In this document: piece after piece, positions 12,085 through 24,949 of the stretch | How the letters are laid out: each line of letters begins with the position of its first letter | How positions within the stretch are numbered: the first letter of the stretch is position 1 | Source: the human T2T-CHM13v2.0 reference genome, Homo sapiens | Length of the DNA stretch: 64,000 nucleotides | NCBI RefSeq assembly: GCF_009914755.1 | Contig: NC_060929.1 | Strand: one strand, 5' to 3' | The notes under the pieces: generated by a model | What the model was told of the DNA's origin: nothing | Seen by the model: only the letters and a program-made list of their open reading frames with translations | Database searches by the model: none | Position numbers and translations under genes: made by a program

Positions 12085-12998
12085 GAGATAAGATTCTTGA
12101 TGTGACAATATTCCTAGCATATACATAGGAATGAATTTAAATAAATATCATTTTAATAATACATTTTTATGAACATATATTAACATTAAAAATAAGTGGC
12201 AGTGGAGATTGAAAAGATGTGTGTTTTAATTCTCTATTGCTATTTCCTGATGTGCTGGTTATTGTTGTACTAGTTTTAAAGATTATAAAACACTAACTAG
12301 AGAGACATATACTATTGGTATGACCCGTTTCTGGACTAGATTCGCAAAGTTGGCTAGTGCTTACAAGTCCAGCTGTGCTAGAATATACTAGGTAGAGAAA
12401 AATGGGATAGCTGGCAATGAACTCTAGATACTGGAGTCACATCTCAGCAGAGGAGAGAAAGGTGGAGCAGAAAGTACTAGCTCTGCTTTCCCTGCAAGAG
12501 TATCCATTATTTGAAACCTATAAAATTCAAAAGCAGAGTAAAGGCAAAATTTTATAAAAAAGTATTGAGCAAGTACAAAGGCCTGACTGAACCCCATGGC
12601 AACAGAGGCTACAAAAATTTCATTAGTGACAACTTCCGTCCACTAATCTGCTGAGGGTGTTTCACCATCTTGTCACATAAATTAATGATAAGAATATATA
12701 AATGTTATTCTATAAAAGATAAGTTATTTATCTTTTATAATTTTAGTTCTATTGATATTCAAGGTAAAGTGTTCCAACCTCAGCTCATATAGTACCATAA
12801 AGCCATTTTTTTAGCTAAATTTTGTACCTCACCACTTACCCATACATTCAAATCGTTAGGTTAGTGATGACTTTCAAATCATTGGACAATAAAGTTTTTC
12901 TTATTTCTAATAAAAATGTCTCATATACTCCACACATAGACTCCCACTTGACAAACAAGTCATTCATTTAGCTCTCATCACAGTTTCATGACTTTTTA

Positions 12999-13174
12999 TT
13001 TTATTATTTTATGATTTTTCCTTTTTGTTTTAAATTCCAGGGTACATGTGCAGGATGTGCAGGCTTGTTACATAGGTAAACGTGTGCCATCATGGGTTGC
13101 TGCACCCATCAACCCATCACCTAGGTATTAAGCCCAGCATGCATTAGCTATTTTTCCTAATGCTCTCCCTCCCC
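12999..13174 (-). mobile_element. Severely 5'-truncated L1PA (PA8-13-like) 3' tip
   Basis: GGGTACATGTGCAGGATGTGCAGG...CACCTAGGTATTAAGCCC. TSD TCATGACTTTTTA at 12986-12998 and 13175-13187. Confidence 0.92.
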
Positions 13175-14950
13175 TCATGACTTTTTAATTAGTTTTGAAA
13201 TACTAAAATACTTTCAATGCACTTCCTACAACCTAGTCCAGTTTATTTTAAAATTTCAATCTAAAGTGTCTATAAAGCTTTCCTTATATCTACCTCTTAC
13301 CACAGAGGATTGTTTTCTTTTTTTTTTTTGACATGGTAGAAAGGCATTGTTTGCAGATAAAGAGGGAAAATATAGATATCTCCTTATGTGACTAATAGTG
13401 ATCACATTCTGCTCTCATCCCTTAATACCAATCTGTGTTTGGTTGGGCTGTTTCAATTGTTCATGAGCTATGGGATTCATGGAGATGTCATGACACACGT
13501 CTCTAATGAATAGATGATTTACAAGTGTAGCCAGCATTTAGGGTCATTCTTCATTGAGAGACATTACACAATATTCTGCTGATACACATTCTTGCATCGC
13601 ATTTTATGGCCAGATCCTCAAGACTGCTGTCTCAATCTTGAGGCCACCATGCATGTCTATATGTTTTGGATATATCCTCTTTAATTTGGGGAAACTGGTT
13701 CCTCTTTGCCTGTTTTCCAGTAGCACAGGCACTTAACTAGTGTATGAAAGACCAATACTCTCACCTTTTATAGGGGCCCAGGTCTTTAAAAGTTATTCTT
13801 TTAGAGCTCAACTCCCTTAGATTTAGAGAGAGGAAATACCTCCTCTTCTCTCTTATGGGAAAAACTATTTGCTTTCTTTTTCCATGGGAACATTTTTCAC
13901 ATGGCCCACTGTTCTTTACATTATCATTTATATCAACTATGGATAAATGAGTGTTGGCAGAGCTGGGCTCACATATTTCTCACTGAATTTTGTGGAGTAG
14001 AAGCTGGCTATAATTGCTGGCAGGTTTCTGAACTTAGGCTGAAGGTTCTTGGTGCCTTTTAAACACAGGGAGAACACATGTCTTCTTATATGACCACACA
14101 CAACTTCCCAACACACACATACACAAACACACACAATTGAGTCTTTCAGCAGGTCTGCCATATTCCCGAGTACTTCACCAGGTACAATTAAAGATGCAAC
14201 AGCAACAACGTCAGAGTGCTCTGATTTCCATCCAAGAAGATAAGAGACTGCTTATCTACTGTATCTGAGGATATAGGATAGATCTAAGCATAAGAAAAAA
14301 TTTTATTTGCCACAGTTATTATAGGAGTGATAGGATATGTTAAAGGCAAACATTAAAAACTTAATGATTTTGCCTGCAATCTCATATTTTTTTTTTCTAC
14401 ATAAATAGAATCCATTTCTGAGAAACACTTCATGTCTTACTGGGCTCTGGAGGCAAGGATTGTGACTATGATCCTGCCAACTCAGTGGAATGTGCTTTAA
14501 AACACATTGTTTCCTATACCCAATATCAAGAGGCTTGTCTGAAATTTTGTTTCCAAGGAAGAATTAAAAAATATAAATCTAAATATAAAAAATATAAATC
14601 TAAGCAGAATAAAAGTAAATATGAGATTTTTGGTTCTCATATTTTTAGCTGCATATGAAACATTCCTACCCAATTTCTTGTCTGTTTTTTATTATCAACC
14701 ATGCCTCTCTACACTTCAAGCACATTTTTATCTCCAAAAAACAATGCTGATTCTAAACCACTTTCATTTCACCTCACATGATCCTCTATCCTTTACTTCA
14801 TCTTGCCCTAGCTCTACTCTGCCAAAGATCCATAGAACAGGAAATGTTCTTTTCAGTGACTTTCTATTTCTCTGATGAGAACAAAGCACATTCCATAAAC
14901 AGACCTCAGAAATATATCAGAAATTAATGTTACATGAAGAAGCTTATCTT

Positions 14951-15081
14951 GGCTGGGTGTAGTGGCTCATGCCTGTAATCCTAATACGTTGGGAGGTCAA
15001 GACAGGTGGATAATTTAAGCCCGAGAGTTCAGTATCAGCCTTTCAATGTGGCAAAACCTTGTCTCGACCAAAAAAAAAAAA

Positions 15082-15122
<41 letters not shown>

Positions 15123-15293
15123 AATACAAAAATTAGCCTGGCATGGTGGTGCATGCCTGTAGTCCCAGCTACTCGGGACACTGAGATGGGAGGATCATTT
15201 GAGTCCAGGAGGTCGTTGAGGCTACAATGAGTCATTATTGCGCCACTGCACTTCACCCTGGGCAACAGAGCAAGACACTGTCTCAAAAAAAAA
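14951..15293 (+). mobile_element. AluJ with A/(TA)n/(CA)n microsatellite in the central linker
   Basis: AluJ diagnostics (GGAGGATCATTTGAGTCCAGGAGG...GAGGCTACA). Linker 15069-15125 is expanded. Short TSD TTATCTT. Confidence 0.93.
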
Positions 15294-16374
15294 ATATTAT
15301 CTTTTGCTTTTTTCTTCTTTTGTATCTAGTAGCATTGAATATTAGCCTATTTCATGCTGGGCCTATTTATTCAGAAAAGCAGCCTAGGTCATACTATTTG
15401 CAAACATATGTTTCTTACTTCTAGACTAAGAAAAGGTGTATTAGTTAGCATATATTTTTCTTCCTCTGAAAGGCTTTCGTTACTAGAAAGTACATGGGTC
15501 CCAATAATCAATGCTCCCACTTAGATCAATTCAGGAATGTATGCCTACTGGGTGATACATAGTCCTAAGGATCATGGGCTATATAGTAGTCTCATGTATC
15601 ATAATACACTATTTCATAATTCTTCTGGTTGTTTCTCCTATGTATAATGCTTTCCCATCTTGGAAATTATATGAAATTGACTAAATAAATAATGGAATCT
15701 GGCTCATTATAGATTCTTTCATAATTCTAACTATTCTAGTATCTATAAGAATATCTTGGAAAGAGTATCAAAATCAATATTAAGTATGTTCATTTTGTAT
15801 TTTTAATTATCCTTTGTTTATTAATTTCTCAGGAATAAGTATTAGCACCAAATTCAATGGCCCTTCTTCTAATAAAACCTGTAATGCCAGCATTAGAAGA
15901 CATATCATGGGAAATGATTAGATAACAAAAATAAACTGTATCTTCTCATTAGTTTGGTCTATACCTTCCTATAAGTTGACCTATATTTGGGCAATTTTTC
16001 TGACTTTGTCTTCATATCATGGCATAAAACTTCTGTCCTGCTCTAGTTCTCAAACTGGCTATATTAAGATAGAAGTGGTAAAACAAGAAATGGGGTAGGC
16101 CATGGTGAACTCCCAGAATTTTATGGGATGTTCCATAATCAGAATCTAAGAGAATAATATAAATTAGTGTTAAGGAACAATAACCAGCATTTAAGGATAA
16201 ATAAAAAATCAGAGTTCAGAGAGGGCAATGAGGGGCTGACTAAATTCTTACGAACATTTGTAGCCAGTATCTCAGGTGAGTTTAAATGTGTAAAATATAT
16301 AAAGCACAGTTTTCTCTTCCCTAAAAGTAGATCAACAATGTCCACACTAGGACAGTTTTTTAGAAATTTTTAAA

Positions 16375-17240
16375 TCTATTTTTAATTGAAAAATAATCAT
16401 GTATATTTATAAGGTATAATGTGATATTTTCATCTAAGTATACATTGTAGAAAGATTCAGTCAAGCTCATTAATATATCCATCACCTCACCAACTTACCT
16501 TTTTGTCTGGTGAGTATGTTAAAAATCTATTCTTTTAACACTTTTGAAATATACAATACATTATTAGCTGTGGTCACATAAAGTACAATTGATTGCTAAA
16601 ACTTATTCCTTCAGTCTGAGACTTTTCACCCTTTGATCAACATCTTCCCCTTTCCTGTGGTTTCTCCTCCTCTCCAGCCTCAAGTAATTACGTTTCTACT
16701 CTCCATTTCTATCAGATCAACTTTTTTAGATTCCACATCTAAGTGAGATCATACAGTATTTGTATTTCTGTGCCTGCCTTATTTCACTTAGCATAACGTT
16801 GTCCAATTTCATTGATGTTGTTACAAATGATAGAATTTCCTTCTTTTTAAAGGCTGAATACTATTCTATTGTGTATATATGCCACGTTTTCTTGATCCAT
16901 TCATCTGTTGATGGACACTTAGGTTGATTTCATATCTTAGCTATCATGAATAATATTAAAATGAACATGGGAGTGTAGATATCTCTTTAACAAATCAATG
17001 TCAATAACTTTGGATACATCTTTAGAAATTACATTATTGAATCATATGGTAATTCAATTTTAATTTTTTGAGGAACCTCCATACTATTTTCAAAAATGGC
17101 AGTAATATTTTACATTTCTCCACACAGTGTGCCAGGGTTCACTTTTCTCCATATCTTCATCAATACTTGTTATCATTTATTTTTGTTGAAAACAGTCATT
17201 CTAAAAGGTATGAAGTGATACCTCACTGTGATTTTAATTT
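16375..17240 (-). mobile_element. L1MA-type 3' end
   Basis: AAGTATACATTGTAGAAAGATT...TTAGATTCCACATCTAAGTGAGATCAT...TTTGAGGAACCTCCATACT. Confidence 0.88.
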
Positions 17241-17669
17241 GCTGGATAGTTTGAGGAAGAAAAGAGGTGTCATTAATAATATTCTGTAACACAGACTTAA
17301 GTAGTACTGTCCTAGGAACACCAGGAATATTGTTCCCAACCTTAAGCTCACCTAGTCATTTCTTGCATTATAGATTACTTTAATGTTACTCCCCAGATTC
17401 AGAGCCAGAGAAATTCCCCTCTTTTTTTTTCCTAGCCATAAAGCTTAATATGTCTCTTTAACTTTGCTGTGTGAACTACCCTGCTCAAATCAAGTCTTCT
17501 GAAATATATCCATCCACAAGAAGTCTTCTCTACCCTACTTCTACCCCAGCCCATCTACAGGACCAGTTGCTATGTGCCTTTGGCATTCGTTTGCCTTTGC
17601 CTTTGGCATTCTTTTACCTAACAGTTCAAGAATGAGTTACGATGACTTCCTCCGCCATCAGATACAGAT

Positions 17670-17740
17670 AAATCCTCCATCCCCTGGACTTAACACAAAG
17701 TTCAGCACATATTAGATGCTCAAAATGGTTGAATTGAACA
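17670..17740 (+). mobile_element. L2 3' end remnant
   Basis: CCCCTGGACTTAACACAAAG...GCACATATTAGATGCTCAAAA...TTGAATTGAA resembles the L2 terminus. Confidence 0.55.
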
Positions 17741-18699
17741 CAGTAGAACTATTATACAAGTGCCATAATGTCAAACTGGAAGGCCGGACAATCATATAGT
17801 TTGAAAACCATATAGAAGAAAATTAAGAGAAATATATATGAGGGTTACAGATTTTTAAATTCTATCAGAATTTGTAAAAATTGCAACCATAATTTTTCAG
17901 GTTGAATATTGGCTGGAACCACCACGACTAATGAAATCATTAACTGTATAATGTGTAATGAGTCATAGTAAACTACTCATTTAGGCCATTTACATTGGCC
18001 TCATCTCTATATATGTTTAAGCTTTCTCTTTAGGTAATAATTATATCTTAGAGTAACACAGTAACCAGATTAATAGTGAGTATAAACTATATGTTTCACA
18101 ATTATCTGTCAATTCCCTTAATTTTTGCCAATGTAAATGTTTAATACAGATAGAAAATTCAGTCTAAATCTAGGTATTAATAGAAATCAGTCCTCATTAA
18201 TTCCACAGCTGAATTTAACTAAAATATAAACACATCTTGCAAAAGGCCACTTAATAAAATTTAGAATTATAGAGCATTTATAAATCTATACAAATTAATG
18301 AAACATATTACCAAATATGAATGAAAATTAGGCCTTGAGAGTGTTGGCATTAGGAATTGGAAAGACAGAAAGAGCAAGAAAGATAGTGTCCGTTTTGACT
18401 AAAACAAGTATATTCTATTTCCCAAAATATGAAGTAATGTATAATGTTCTGGTGTGGTAACTGCAGTTGGTAAACAGAAAAAAAAAAACAAGAACATAAC
18501 AAAATGTTTTTGAAGATTTGTTTTCCACAATGGGTGTAGAAGAAATTAATGTCTCTTGAAGATTTTCCAGCTCTTAACATATTAATTATAATCATTCATT
18601 ACTAAATGACAATATACTGAAAACATTTTTAGTGGAAAAAAAATAAGTTCAGGTCTGTAAAAGAAATATAAAATGCAAATATCTTGGTCAACTCCTTTT

Positions 18700-18790
18700 T
18701 AATATCTCTACCCTGTGCCAGACATCATGTTCTGCACAGGAAATACAAAAATGAGGAAGACTCACAATTAATTCTCAAGTGTCTTTCCTG
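18700..18790 (-). mobile_element. L2 remnant
   Basis: CTACCCTGTGCCAGACATCATGTTCTG...GAAATACAAAAATGAG resembles an antisense L2 3' end. Confidence 0.5.
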
Positions 18791-20399
18791 TTAATATTGC
18801 TGACATTTTATTTTTTTCCAATATTCACACTATTCTTGTTTCCTTAAATCTTCCTTCATATTATACTGTGAATTATTTTTTGAAAAACAAAATATTCTTC
18901 TCTAATAACTTCTAGATACACTGAAACTTTACATTCTCATGCTATGAATGACAAGTATCACTAGTATTTTAGAGATTAGGCAGAGTTAATCCCAGAGAAA
19001 TCTTCACAGCAATTTAAAATAATAGAGGGTGTTGTTTACGGAAACAAAGCAATGTTGTCCTACCTGTCCAGGAAAACAGGAATAAAGCAAACAATTAGCT
19101 GGGAGACAAAATGTCATCTAATCCTATTCTAAGACAGGTCACATTGTACACAATCAGATGTTTCTTCTCTGTAGGTATAGTCAGACATTGTACCTCTCTC
19201 CTCCCCTGTAATGAATAACCTGAACCATTAGGCAAAACTTAAGTCTGTTTTCCACCACTACAGTTATATTAATTTCTCTTTTCTGTTGCACAATAGCTGC
19301 CTTACTTTCCCTGATTTTGTTGTTGTTGTTGTTATTGCTGTACAACATTCAATAAATCACTTAAAAGACCGACTTTATACATTTTACCTACTATTATTGT
19401 GAGATAACATATCTGTATATTTTGAGAAAACATCTTCATGCTATCTTCTTTGTATGATCCCCTAGCCATGTTTTTATACTTTTAATGTCACTTGTGTAAG
19501 AAACAGAAACACTGTGTGTGAAAGCATGCAAAGGTTTTGTCCTTTTTTGCTCTGTGTGCTGAAGGTTAGTAATAAATTAGAACACATTTAGAGCCTTTCT
19601 TCCTCCCAATCAAAAGGGACAGGGTGAAAAATTATGCATTTCTTCATGAATAACATAACTTGGTATAATAAAGTCAATATTCATTGCTCTTGAAACATCG
19701 CTTGAGGTATTCACGGATTTGTAGAACATAAGTGCAAACTAGTGAGGGCTCCTCACTGTGAAAACTCTCAGGCTCTGTGCTTCATGCAACAGTGACTACG
19801 TCGTTTCTTGGTAATCACACTGAAGCCCGGTAAGAATCATAACTTGCCATATATGCAACAGGCAAATAATAACAACAACATTTAAAAGTTTAATACAATG
19901 TTTGTTTCTAAGCCTTTGCAGCTAACAAGTTTCTAAGATTAAAACATAAATTTAATTCCAAAGCGTAATATCTTTTTGATATTCCACTTTGTTCCCTGCA
20001 GTGTTCCTCTCCCAGGGAAAGGAATGACCTGAGATAAGGGGAGCAGGTTTGGAGTGAATCTGAAGACAATATGCCCAAATTTCATAGGTACCTATATCTG
20101 TATAACAATTCACCTTTTTCAAAGCATATTTACGTTTTATACTCAAATAACTCTCACAACCCAGAAAGACTGACAATGTAGTTATTGTCACTTCCAAGTT
20201 GTTACTGAGGAAATGGAAGCTTAATAATATCCCTTAAAATAGTTTTAATAGTTAATATCTGTTGAGCTGTTTGTCTATTTTTCCAGAAACAGAAAGCAGA
20301 GAAAGCACTTATGTGTAGTACCTTATTGTAAGAAACTGTTTGTCAGAAACAGGAGAAGTGCAAATACAGAGCTCAATAAATATTAGTTATTTAAATTAT

Positions 20400-21780
20400 T
20401 TAAAGAAATATTGCTAAACACCTATAAATCAATAAAAAGAATATATTATTCCAAAACTAGTAAAATAAATATGAGGTAGTGGCACATGTCTTCATTATTA
20501 AGAAATAAAGGCAAAAATGAAAGAAGTAAAGTACTCAAATCTGCAAAATACGTTAGAAAAAAAAACAATAGCAACAACTCCTCTTGCTCAGGCCTAGAAA
20601 ATTGAAGATGAGAAAAACTCAAATTAACAAAATAGTACCAAAAATAGTAAAAGTATTAAATTACTTTAATGCTATTTTAAGTGGTTCTTTGAAGAGAACA
20701 GTAAAATAATAAATCCTTTACAAACCAATTCTTTTAAAAATGAGAAAGTCTACAAAATAAACAAGATTAGCAATGAGTAAATATAAATAATTATGAAATT
20801 TTAAAAAGCCATTATAAGAACATTATTATAGCTGTAACTATGGAAGCAACTGTTAGGAAATTTATAATTTTCTAGAAAAATATAAATTATATAAAATTAA
20901 CCCAAAAAGAAATAAAAAACTGAATTACCAGAAGGAATATTGGGAAAGCGATAAAATATCTAGGATAGAAAAGCACTAGAATAAATGGGTTCGCTGCTGA
21001 ATTTTACTTACTGCTTATTGCAGTAATAATGTCAATTATATTTAAATTATTTTATACCAGAGAAATACAACTCCTAAATTTGTTTTAGGAAGTCAACATA
21101 ACATTTATATCCAGAAGATAATAGAAAAATAAAACAAAATATTACTTTTAAATACAATGATAAAAATTCTGAATAAACTTTTTCCATGAAAGAAATACAA
21201 ATTCAGTGTTTAAAAATTACTTGTCATGATCCATTTTACAAACTTATTAAGATCTGTAGATATTAAAAATACACATAATAAATATAATCAAAAGTTCAAA
21301 TAAATACTGCAGTGATACTTAGGATATAATACAACCAAACTATTGAAACTTAATTTTTAAGAAACTATAAAAAAAAAATACATTATCCTACATACAAAAT
21401 GACTAAAATAATTTCCATTTAAAGAGAAGGAAATAATTCATAATCTCCATTGTTATTACTGTCAATATTGTCTTGGAGATTTTAGAATATGAAATATTTA
21501 AAAAGTAAAATATCTCATAGGTTCTTTAATAGAGATAGAACTTCCTCTTTTGTCTTGGTATGATTGTTTACCTACATAACTCAAGAGCCTCTAGTAAAAA
21601 GTTTTAGACTTAAAGAGAACATTTGGTAACAAATTAGTTAGAATTAACATAAGCATTCAAATTCAATAACCCTTTTCTTGTTTAGGGATGAGCAAAATAA
21701 ATCCAAATTTAAAAAATACTGTGTTACCTAATAGTGCCAAAGCTCAAATAAATTGAGGAATGAACTTCACAGTATTATAT
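20400..21780 (+). mobile_element. Very old L1M5/L1ME ORF2 remnant
   Basis: A-rich, with L1 landmarks in order: TTTCTAGAAAAATATAAATT, AAAGCACTAG...TGCTGAATTTTAC, TGATTGTTTACCTA. Confidence 0.7.
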
Positions 21781-21814
21781 TGCTCCTATCAAGACAGAAT
21801 AAAAATACAATGAT

Positions 21815-22080
21815 TACTAATTTACATTGAGCTCTTATATCGTAGGTAGTAATTTAAGCATATTATATGTGTTTTATCTTTAATTCTCAAAATAAACCAT
21901 TGACTTGGTATAAGATAGTCATGGATTAGAATTTTAGCTTTCCCAAATACTAGCTAACTAATAAAGAATAATTTTTTCCAACTCTCTGAACCACAAAAAG
22001 TTTTTTGGAGGATTGAATACAATAGCATACATTTTTTAATGTTTATCACATTAAAAAATCTTGAATCAATGGTAGCTGCT
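21815..22080. mobile_element. Two MIR remnants in opposite orientation
   Basis: ATTTACATTGAGCTCTTA...TTTAATTCTCA (antisense) and AACTCTCTGAACC...GAGGATTGAATA...ATGGTAGCTGCTG (sense). Confidence 0.55.
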
Positions 22081-23659
22081 GTTTTCAATAACCCTCTGAT
22101 CAATCTATAATATAGCAATTAGCTACCTTAAGTGTTTTTGCAAACAAGGATGGCTATAAGAAATAGAGTATTGTAACTATCATTAATTTTCTCAAAAGAG
22201 TTTTGGTCAATTATAAAAGCTCTGAGTTAGGAAAAACAGAATTATCCTTATTTTATTTATAATAATTCTAATGGCCAAAGAGTTTAAATTACTTAACTAT
22301 GATAACAAAGCCAATGCATCAAGTTCTGTTTATTACACACCCTTTTTACTTTAAGGTTAACGTTTTAAAATTTTGAGTATGATATTTCAAACATCTATGA
22401 GGCTAGAAGTAAAATTATGCATTTTTGGTAAATGCACCCAATAATAAATTCTAGTAATGTAAATAATCTTCAATTACTAACTTAGGAAAAATATATTAAA
22501 GAATTTATCAAATTTTAGTAAAGTAATGGGCATTAGCAACGATAACATTTGCCCAAATTTTGCACTCTACTTATGCTCTTCGAATACAATTTAAAAGAGT
22601 GTTTTTTAGAAAAGCAAATTCTGAAGGGGTTTATTTTACCAAACTGCCAATATGTACAGGTAGATAATTTTCCAAGACAAACTATGAGACCTCATATATA
22701 TACTATGGGTGAAATATCAGCAATGGAGAGTTAGCAAGGAATGGTTCTGTTTCTATCCACATTTAAGAAGAGGGTAAGAAACAATTCAGTTTCCTTTGCA
22801 TGTCATTCTTTATTTGCAGGTTATCTCTCATTTGATATAATTTACAAAGTATTATGAATAGTGGCATCCCTAAGTTCTAATTATGTTCTACAAATTAGAA
22901 TTAGGTCAAGTGTTATGCCAGATACAAACAGTATAACAAATGAGCTTAGAAATCTTAAAAATGAAAATAAATTTTATTAATTATAACATCTGTTTCAAAA
23001 GAGAAAGTCTACTCTTTTACAGTCAGATATACTCAAGAGAAATATAATTACAAAAGACAGAAAATTTTGAATTTAATTGAAAACTAATGCAATATAGAAG
23101 TAAATAAATAAATAAAATTTCAGAGTACACTTTAATTGGAAGTATGGGATCTCTGTAGCTACTTCTTAGCAAATATCTTTAATTATGCTCATTTTCCTCC
23201 TTTCTTGACACAGTAAAATGATCTCTCATCATCTCTAAGCCCACTGCTCAAGCCATTTATTTCGTGACTCCAGACAGCTGAGTAGGAAACTAAACTAATA
23301 TAATCAAATCGATCACTTTAAACAGTGTAAATCTGGTCACTTTTGGTTAGTTATTAGATTCTTTTTCAATTACTGCCTAGGGGAAAAGGGAATATATTTT
23401 ACTTCTTGAAATAGATAATCGTGCATAGAATAAAAAGACATCAAAATCGTGAAATGACATAACATATTTCTGCTTATGCGAACAGATGGAAATCTATACA
23501 TTCTAACATATACAGTCTCTAAAAAACTTACTTTAAAGCATAGGCCACCTAATTAGTGTGGGTAGGGGAAGGTGTCAAGTTTGAAAGTTTTAAATTTTAG
23601 ACTCACATGTGTTTATATACATTTATTTACCATGGTATTACTTTACAATTATACCTTCT

Positions 23660-23990
23660 TTTAACTCAAAACACTATAATTTATTTACATCTAATTATTG
23701 AAGTCAGCAATTAGGGCTGGTTTTCAGCTTGACTCACTCAGGTATCTTTAGTCAGAAGCAAGGTGACAAGAGACAACAGCATATTAGATTTCTTGAGGCC
23801 TAGGCTCAGACTGGCACACGATCATTTCTCCTGCATTCTACAGATCAAAGAAAACCCTAGAGCAGCATAGATTCAAGGAGTAGAGAAATCAACTATAGCT
23901 CTTCATAAGAATATCTATAAATTAAGAGGAAAAGGAACATGAATACAAGGAGAGGAATAATCGGGGCCATTTTCTGCAAACAGCATACCA
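23660..23990 (-). mobile_element. MaLR LTR, MLT1H-like
   Basis: TCTTGAGGCCTAGGCTCAGACTGGCAC...TGCATTCTA...AGATTCAAGG...GGGGCCATTT...ACCACA. Confidence 0.7.
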
Positions 23991-24552
23991 CAAATAGCTA
24001 ATAAATATTAAAATAATACATGCCATAGTAAAAATTTCAAACAATACAGAACAACATTTCTCAAACTAGCACTCTTAATATTTTACATCCATAGATTTGT
24101 TTTCAACTAGCATGTCACAAAAACTTTGAGAACCAAATCAATAAATAGAAAATTACTCAAGTTCCAGAATGATCACTTGGGTGGTACATCTCAGGGACAG
24201 ATCCAAAGAGCAGGGCATAAATTTGAAAAATAAGGTAACAATGGAACCAAAGCCCACATAAGGTGTGTTCAAAACTTTGGCTGATAACTTAACCAGATGG
24301 ATTGCCTGCTTAACATTATGCAATGTTATGCACAGGACTTAGACAAGGCCCAGAGTATTAAAATGTAATGCTGAAAATAACCAGTTTACAACATACAATC
24401 ACTTGGCATACAAAGAAACACACAAAAATGAACTAACGCCAAAATATCACACGGATAAGTTATCCAATAAAGACTTTAAAATGAGTATTAAAATGCTCAA
24501 ACCGATTATTGTGAACATTCTTTTTTAAATGCAAAACAATTAAACGGTTCAG

Positions 24553-24949
24553 TGTATTAGCCCATTTTCAAAATTCTATGAAGAAAAACCTGAGACTGGG
24601 TAATTTTTAAAGAAAAAGAGGTTTAATGGACTCACAGTTCCACATGGCTGGGGAGGCCTTACAATCATGGTGGAAGGCAAAGGAGTAGCAAAGGAACATC
24701 TTACATGGCGGTAGGCAAGCAAACATGTACAGGGGAACTGCCCTTTATAAAACCATCAGCTCTTGTGAGACTTATTCATTATCATGAGAACAGCGTGAAA
24801 AAAACCCCACATTAATTACCACAAGAACAGCATGAGAAAAACCCCCATGATTCTATTACTTCCCAGTGGGTCTCTTCCACAACACATGGGGATTATGGGA
24901 GCTACAATTCAAGATAAGATTTGGGTGAGAACACAGCCAAACCATATCA
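24553..24949 (-). mobile_element. THE1 (THE1C/D-like) solo LTR
   Basis: TGTATTAG...GAGGTTTAATGGACTCACAGTTCCACATGGCTGGGGAGGCC...CACAGCCAAACCATATCA. 5-bp TSD (T/C)TCAG at 24548-24552 and 24950-24954. Confidence 0.92.

Noticed and set aside
19741-19757. AGTGAGG-GCT-CCTCACT hairpin
   Set aside because: A 7-bp stem is expected by chance in 64 kb.
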